Assembly: GCF_009914755.1 (NCBI RefSeq)
Contig: NC_060948.1
DNA from: the human T2T-CHM13v2.0 reference genome, Homo sapiens
DNA length: 64,000 bases
Direction: 5' to 3' (one strand)
Position 1 is the stretch's first letter; each line of letters starts with the position of its first letter. Shown one piece after another: positions 55,801 to 64,000 of this stretch. The position numbers and the translations under genes were made by a program. Below the pieces are notes generated by a model. That model saw nothing but the letters and a program-made list of their open reading frames with translations. It ran no database searches and was not told the origin of the DNA.

Positions 55801-58800
55801 CCTCTAATGGAATGGATTCGAGTGGAATGGAATCGAATATAATGGAGTCGAATGAAATGGAATTGAAAGGAATGGGATCGAATACAATGGAATATACTGG
55901 AATGAAATGTAATGAACTCGAATGTAATTGACTGGAATGGAATGTACATGAATGGAATGTAATCGAATGGAAAGTAATCCAATGGAATAGAATCTAATGC
56001 AATAAAATCGACTCAAATAGAGTAGAATGTAATGGAATGGAGTGCAGTGCAATGGAATGGAATGGAATGGAATGGAATGGAATGGAATGGAATGGGATGG
56101 AATGGTATGGAATGGATAGTAATGGACTGGAGTGAAATGGACTGGAAAGGAATGGACTCAAATTGAAAGGGCTCGAAAGGAATGGAGTCAAATGGAATGG
56201 TCTGGAATGGAATGAACACGAATGTAATGCAATCCAATAGAATGGAATCGAATGGCATGGAATATAAAGAAATGGAATCAAAGAGAATGGAAACAAATGG
56301 AATGGAATTGAATGGAATGGAATTGAATGGAATGGGAAGGAATGGAGTGAAATTGTGTGCAGTAGAAGAGAATAGAATGGAATGCAAGCGAAAGGAAAGG
56401 AATGGATTGGAATGGAATGGAATTCATTGGAATGGAAGGGAATGTAGTGTAATGGACAGGCCTGGAATAAAGTGGAATGCTACGGTCTCGAATGGAATAA
56501 AAATGTATGGAATGGAATGCAATGAAACGGAATCGAATGTCATAGAATGTAATGGAATGCAAAAAATGGACTCCAAAATCATTGACTGGAAAGGCTGGGT
56601 GTCGAAAGGAATTGACTCCAATGGAATGGAATCGAATGGAATGGAAGTGAATAGAATCGAACTAAATCGAATGGAATGGAATTGATAGGAACGGAATGGA
56701 AAGGAATGCAATGATTTGGCATGGAACGGAATCGAATGGCATCGAATGGAATGGAATGGAATGCAATGGAATGGAATGTGTTAGAATGTAATGAACTTTA
56801 ATGGAATGTACTCGAATGGATTCGACTGGAATGGAATGTTCTGGAAGTGAATGGACTCTAATGGAATGGATTCAAAAGGAATGGAATCGTACGGAATGGA
56901 ATCTAATGGAATGGAATTAAATGGAAATGAATCAAATGGAATAGCACGGAATTGAATTGAATGGAATCGAGTGCAATGGAATCTAATGAAACGGAAAGGA
57001 AAGGAATGGAATGGAATGGAATGGGCTGGAATGGAAAGGAATCGAAATGAATGGAATGGAATCGAACTGAAGAGACTGGAATGGAATGCACTGGAATGGA
57101 AGGGAGTGTAATGGAAGGTTCTCGAAAAAAATGGAATCGAATGGAATGGAATTGAATGGAACGGAATAGAGTCGAATGGAATTGAATGGAATGGAATGGA
57201 CTAGAGTGAAATGGAATAGAACCACAAGGAATGGACAGGAATAGAATAGTCTCGAATTGAATGGAATCGTATGGAATGGCATCAAACGGAACGGAATGGA
57301 TAGCCACGGAATGGAATGCACTCGAATGCAATGGACTCGAAACTAATGGACTGGAATAGAATGGACTCGACTGGTACGGACTCCAATGGAATGGAATCGA
57401 ATGGAAGGAAATCGAATGGAATGGACTCGAAGGGAAAAGACTGCAATGGAAAGGTCTCGAATGGAATGGAAATTAATGGAATGGAATGGAATCGAATGAA
57501 ATGGAGTCAAAAGGAATGGAATCGAATGGCAAGAAATCGAATGTAATGGAATCGCAAGGAATTGATGTGAACGGAACAGAATGGAATGGAATCCAAAGGA
57601 ATGGAATAGAATGGAATGGAATCGAATGGAAAGGACTCGAATGGAAATCACTCGAATAGAATGCAATTTAATAAAATAGGATCAAATGTAATGGAATGGA
57701 ATGGAATCGAAACGAAAGTAATGGAGACCGATGGAATGGAATGGAACAGAGAGCAATGGTATAGAATGGAATGGAATCATCTGGAATGGAATTGAATGGA
57801 ATGGAATAATATGAAATGGAATGGAATGGAATGGAATGGAATGCCCTTGAATTAAATGGACTGGAATGGAATGGACTCGAACAGAGTGGAATGGAAAGTG
57901 TTGAGATAGAATGGAATGGACTCCTTTGGAATGGTGTAGTATGCAATGCAATCGACTGGCAGGGAATCAAAAGGAATGTAATGGAATGGATTGGACTGGA
58001 ATGCAATGGACTCGAATAGATTGGAAACGGAATGCAAAGGAATGGAATGGAATAGTATGGAATGGAATGGAAAGGAATGGAGTGGAATAGACTAGAGTGG
58101 AATGGAATGGACTGGAAAGCAATGGACTGGAATGGAACTTTCTTGAATGGACTGGAATCAAACGGAATGGAATGCAATGCAATCAAATGGCATGGAATAA
58201 AATAGAATGAAAGAGAATCAAATGGAATTGAATCGAATGGAATCGAATGGATTGGAAAGGAATAGAATGGAATGGAATGGAATTGACTCAAATGGAATGG
58301 ACTAGAATGGAATGGATTCGAATGGAAGGCAAAGGAATGGAATCTATTGGAATGGACTGTAATGGAATGGAATGGAAGGGATTGGAATGGACTCGAATGG
58401 AATGGACTGCAATAGAAAGGATTCGAATGGAATGAAAAAGAATTGAATGGAATAGAACAGAATGGAATCAAATCGAATGAAATGGAATGGAATAGAAAGG
58501 AATGGAATGAAATGGAATGGAAAGGATTCGAATGGAATGCAATCGAATGGAATGGAATCGAACGGAATGGAATAAAATGGAAGAAAACTGGCAAGAAATG
58601 GAATCGAAATGAATGGAGTGTTATGGAACGGACTCAAAAGGAATTGAATGTAATAGAATGGAGTGGAGTGGACTCGAATATAATGGACTGGAATGGAATG
58701 AAATCACATGGAATGGGAACGAATGCAATGGAATGGAAAGGAATGGAATCGAATGGAAAGGAATCGAATGGAAGGGAATGAAATTGAATCAATAGGAATG

Positions 58801-61100
58801 GAAGGGAATAGAATAGACGGTAATGGAATGGACTCGAATAGAATGGACACGAATGCTCAAATTGAATGGACTCGAAAGGAATGGAAAGGAAAGGAATGTC
58901 ATCGAATGGAATTGAATCGATTGGAATGAAATCGCATAGAATGGAGTGGAATCAAATGGAATTGAATCGAAAGGAAAGGAAGCGAATGGACTGAAATGAA
59001 ATGGAATGGAATTGAATGGAAATTAATGCAATGGAATAGAATGGAACGAAATTTCACGGAATGGAATCAAACTGAATGGAATCAAATCAATGGAATCAAA
59101 TCAAATGGAATGGAAAGGAATTGAATGGAGTAGATTGGATTGGATGGGATTGGAATGAAATGTACTGGAAAGGACTCGAATTTCATGAAACGGAATGGAA
59201 TGAATTGGAACGGAATGGACTCGAATGGAATGGAATGTCATGGAATGGCATCAAATGGAATGGCATCAAATGGAATGGAATCGAATGCAATGGAATGCTA
59301 TGGAATGGAATGGAATGCATTGGAATGGAATGTCCTCAAATGGAATGGATTCGAGTGGAATGGAATCGAATATAATGGAGTCTAATGAAATGGAATTGAA
59401 AGGAATGGGATCGAATAGAATGGAATATACTGGAATGTAATGTAATGAACTCGAATGTAATTGACTGGAATGGAATGTACATGAATGGAATGTAATCGAA
59501 TGGAAAGTAATCCAATGGAATAGAATCTAATGCAATAAAATCGACTCAAATAGAGTAGAATGTAATGGAATGGAGTGCAGTGCAATGGAATGGAATGGAA
59601 TGGAATGCAATGGAATGGAATGGAATGGAATGGAATGGAATGGAATGGGATGGAATGGTATGGAATGGATAGTAATGGACTGGAGTGAAATGGACTGGAA
59701 AGGAATGGACTCAAATTGAATGGGCTCGAAAGGAATGGAGTCAAATGGAATGGTCTGGAATGGAATGAACACGAATGTAATGCAATCCAATAGAATGGAA
59801 TCGAATGACATGGAATATAAAGAAATGGAATCGAAGAGAATGGAAACAAATGGAATGGAATTGAATGGAATGGAATTGAATGGAATGGGAACGAATGGAG
59901 TGAAATTGTATGCAGTAGAAGAGAATAGAATGGAATGCAAGCGAAAGGAAAGGAATGGATTGGAATGGAATGGAATTCATTGGAATGGAAGGGAATGTAG
60001 TGTAATGGACAGGCCTGGAATAAAGTGGAATGCTACGGTCTCGAATGGAATAAAAATGTATGGAATGGAATGCAATGAAACGGAATCGAATGTCATAGAA
60101 TGTAATGGAATGCAAAAAATGGAATCCAAAGTCATTGACTGGAAAGTCTGGGTGTCGAAAGGAATTGACTCCAATGGAATGGAATCGAATGGAATGGAAG
60201 TGAATAGAATCGAACTAAATCGAATGGAATGGAATTGATAGGAACGGAATGGAAAGGAATGCAATGATTTGGCATGGAATGGAATCGAATGGCATCGAAT
60301 GGAATGGAATGGAATGCAATGGAATGGAATGTGTTAGAATGTAATGAACTTTAATGGAATGTACTCGAATGGATTCGACTGGAATGGAATGTTCTGGAAG
60401 TGAATGGACTCCAATGGAATGGATTCAAAAGGAATGGAATCGTACGGAATGGAATCTAATGGAATGGAATTAAATGGAAATGAATCAAATGGAATAGCAC
60501 GGAATTGAATTGAATGGAATGGAATGCAATGGAATCTAATGAAACGGAAAGGAAAGGAATGGAATGGAATGGAATGGGCTGGAATGGAAAGGAATCGAAA
60601 TGAATGGAATGGAATCGAACTGAAGAGACTGGAATGGAATGCACTGGAATGGAAGGAAGTGTAATGGAAGGTTCTCGAAAAAAATGGAATCGAATGGAAT
60701 GGAATTGAATGGAACGGAATAGAGTCGAATGGAATTGAATGGAATGGAATGGACTAGAGTGAAATGGAATAGAACCACAAGGAATGGACAGGAATAGAAT
60801 GGTCTCGAATTGAATGGAATCGTATGGAATGGCATCAAACGGAATGGAATGGATAGCCACGGAATGGAATGCACTCGAATGCAATGGAGTCGAAACTAAT
60901 GGACTGGAATAGAATGGACTCGACTGGTACGGACTCCAATGGAATGGAATCGAATGGAAGGGAATCGAATGGAATGGACTCGAAGGGAAAAGACTGCAAT
61001 GGAAAGGTCTCGAATGGAATGGAAATTAATGGAATGGAATGGAATCGAATGAAATGGAGTCAAAAGGAATGGAATCGAATGGCAAGAAATCGAATGTAAT
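52900..61100 (+). repeat. Three related consecutive unit segments sharing private variants
   Basis: A6 instead of A7 in GC(A)nTGG (~53028, ~56561, ~60114), GAATGTGTTAG (~53241, ~56775, ~60327), ATCAAATGGAATAGCAC, ATCGAAATGAATGG. Confidence 0.75.
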
Positions 61101-64000
61101 GGAATCACAAGGAATTGATGTGAACGGAACGGAATGGAATGGAATCCAAAGGAATGGAATAGAATGGAATGGAATCGAATGGAAAGGACTCGAATGGAAA
61201 TCACTCGAATAGAATGCAATTTAATAAAATAGGATCAAATGTAATGGAATGGAATGGAAAGGAATCGAAACGAAAGGAATGGAGACAGATGGAATGGAAT
61301 GGAACAGAGAGCAATGGTATAGAATGGAATGGAATCATCTGGAATGGAATTGAATGGAATGGAATAATATGAAATGGAATGGAATGGAATGGAATTGAAT
61401 GCCCTTGAATTAAATGGACTGGAATGGAATGGACTCGAACAGAGTGGAATGGAAAGTGTTGAGATAGAATGGAATGGACTCCTTTGGAATGGTGTAGTAT
61501 GCAATGCAATCGACTGGCAGGGAATCAAAAGGAATGTAATGGAATGGATTGGACTGGAATGCAATGGACTCGAATAGATTGGAAACGGAATGCAAAGGAA
61601 TGGAATGGAATAGGATGGAATGGAATGGAAAAGAATGGAGTGGAATAGACTAGAGTGGAATGGAATGGACTGGAAAGCAATGGACTGGAATGGAACTTTC
61701 TTGAATGGACTGGAATCAAACGGAATAGAATGCAATGCAATCAAATGGCATGGAATAAAATAGAATGAAAGAGAATCAAATGGAATTGAATCGAATGGAA
61801 TCGAATGGATTGGAAAGGAATAGAATGGAATGGAATGGAATTGTCTCAAATGGAATGGATTCGAATGGAATGGATTCGAATGGAAGGCAAAGGAATGGAA
61901 TCTATTGGAATGGACTGTAATGGAATGGAATGGAATGGAATGGAAAGGATTGGAATGGACTCGAATGGAATGGACTGCAATAGAAAGGATTCGAATGGAA
62001 TGAAAAAGAATTGAATGGAATAGAACAGAATGGAATCAAATCGAATGAAATGGAATGGAATAGAAAGGAATGGAATGAAATGGAATGGAAAGGATTCGAA
62101 TGGAATGCAATCGAATGGAATGGAATCGAACAGAATGGAATAAAATGGAAGAAAACTGGCAAGAAATGGAATCGAAATGAATGGAGTGTTATGGAACGGA
62201 CTCAAAAGGAATTGAATGTAATAGAATGGAGTGGAGTGGACTCGAATATAATGGACTGGAATGGAATGAAATCACATGGAATGGGAACGAATGGAATGGA
62301 ATGGAAAGGAATGGAATCGAATGGAAAGGAATCGAATGGAAGGGAATGAAATTGAATCAACAGGAATGGAAGGGAATAGAATAGACGGTAATGGAATGGA
62401 CTCGAATAGAATGGACACGAATGCTCAAATTGAATGGACTCGAATGGAATGGAAACGAAAGGAATGTCATCGAATGGAATTGAATGGATTGGAATGAAAT
62501 CGCATAGAATGGAGTGGAATCAAATGGAATTGAATCGAAAGGAAAGGAAGCGAATGGACTGAAATGAAATGGAATGGAATTGAATGGAAAGTAATGCAAT
62601 GGAATAGAATGGAAGGAAATTTCACGGAATGGAATCAAACTGAATGGAATCAAATCAATGGAATCTAATCAAATGGAATGGAAAGGAATTGAATGGAGTA
62701 GATTGGATTGGATGGGATTGGAATGAAATGTACTGGAAAGGACTCGAATTTCATGAAACGGAATGGAATGAATTGGAACGGAATGGACTCGAATGGAATG
62801 GAATGTCATGGAATGGCATCAAATGGAATGGCATCAAATGGAATCGAATGCAATGGAATGCTATGGAATGGAATGGAATGCATTGGAATGGAATGTCCTC
62901 TAATGGAATGGATTCGAGTGGAATGGAATCGAATATAATGGAGTCGAATGAAATGGAATTGAAAGGAATGGGATCGAATACAATGGAATATACTGGAATG
63001 TAATGTAATGAACTCGAATGTAATTGACTGGAATGGAATGTACATGAATGGAATGTAATCGAATGGAAAGTAATCCAATGGAATAGAATCTAATGCAATA
63101 AAATCGACTCAGATAGAGTAGAATGTAATGGAATGGAGTGCAGTGGAATGGAATGGAATGGAATGGAATGCAATGGAATGGAATGGAATGGAATGGAATG
63201 GGATGGAATGGTATGGAATGGATAGTAATGGACTGGAGTGAAATGGACTGGAAAGGAATGGACTCAAATTGAAAGGGCTCGAAAGGAATGGAGTCAAATG
63301 GAATGGTCTGGAATGGAATGAACACGAATGTAATGCAATCCAATAGAATGGAATCGAATGGCATGGAATATAAATAAATGGAATCGAAGAGAATGGAAAC
63401 AAATGGAATGGAATTGAATGGAATGGAATTGAATGGAATGGGAACGAATGGAGTGAAATTGTATGCAGTAGAAGAGAATAGAATGGAATGCAAGCGAAAG
63501 GAAAGGAATGGATTGGAATGGAATGGAATTCATTGGAATGGAAGGGAATGTAGTGTAATGGACAGGCCTGGAATAAAGTGGAATGCTACGGTCTCGAATG
63601 GAATAAAAATGTATGGAATGGAATGCAATGAAACGGAATCGAATGTCATAGAATGTAATGGAATGCAAAAAAATGGAATCCAAAATCATTGACTGGAAAG
63701 GCTGGGTGTCGAAAGGAATTGACTCCAATGGAATGGAATCGAATGGAATGGAAGTGAATAGAATCGAACTAAATCGAATGGAATGGAATTGATAGGAACG
63801 GAATGGAAAGGAATGCAATGATTTGGCATGGAATGGAATCGAATGGCATCGAATGGAATGGAATGGAATGCAATGGAATGGAATGTATTAGAAAGTAATG
63901 AACTTTAATGGAATGTACTCGAATGGATTCGACTGGAATGGAATGTTCTGGAAGTGAATGGACTCCAATGGAATGGATTCAAAAGGAATGGAATCGTACG

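Larger units (their letters stand above)
1..64000 (+). repeat. DYZ1: Human Satellite III (GGAAT)n array, DYZ1-type (Yq12) with ~3.55-kb higher-order unit, ~18 head-to-tail copies
   Basis: GGAAT/CGAAT/TGAAT/GGACT pentamers throughout, purine-rich strand always on +. The same landmark (ATGGAATC(G/A)AATGGAAAGGACTCGAATGGAAATCACTC) recurs at 223, 3772, 7341, 10840, 14379, 17893, 21392, 24905, 28454, 32003, 35557, 39116, 43468, 47002, 50550, 54083, ~57616, 61169. One conserved AGGCCT and one conserved GAATTC per unit, matching the classical male-specific ~3.5-kb HaeIII/EcoRI repeat. HSat3 is certain; DYZ1 is by recognition. Confidence 0.95.

Noticed and set aside
223-63818. Hundreds of ORFs up to 313 aa (MEWNG-repeat on +, FHSIP-repeat on -)
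   Set aside because: These are direct translations of (GGAAT)n/(ATTCC)n, which has no stops when pure. There is no domain content, and the ORFs are frameshifted or truncated freely between units.
1-64000. CRISPR-like array or other prokaryotic system
   Set aside because: No constant repeats separated by unique spacers and no genes; the sequence is eukaryotic satellite.
1-64000. Alu/L1 insertion, DYZ2 (HSat1B) block, alpha satellite, or strand inversion
   Set aside because: None seen; the GGAAT pattern and its orientation are continuous end to end.
1-64000. HSat2 assignment
   Set aside because: Lacks the CATTCGATTC/GATGAT-dominated ~23-26-bp pattern of HSat2; long CATTC runs and the ~3.5-kb unit fit HSat3/DYZ1.

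Overview
The whole 64-kb window is one uninterrupted, single-orientation array of (GGAAT)n-type satellite (human Satellite III, HSat3) with a ~3.5-3.57-kb higher-order unit repeated ~18 times. Unit length and the single conserved HaeIII/StuI (AGGCCT) and EcoRI (GAATTC) sites per unit fit DYZ1 of Yq12 heterochromatin (recognised from knowledge, not by database search). I see no credible protein-coding genes, RNA genes, transposon insertions or inversions; all ORFs are translations of the pentamer. I cannot support a new gene-based system here. The most interesting signals are: (i) three perfect nGAAnnTTCnnGAAn heat-shock elements at fixed positions in most units; (ii) a 785-bp out-of-register duplication at ~40.9-42.5 kb whose two copies come from different unit lineages; (iii) a distinct central sub-family block (~9.4-32.8 kb) with paired recent duplications and a mappable right boundary; (iv) a locally divergent patch at ~45.5-46.9 kb.
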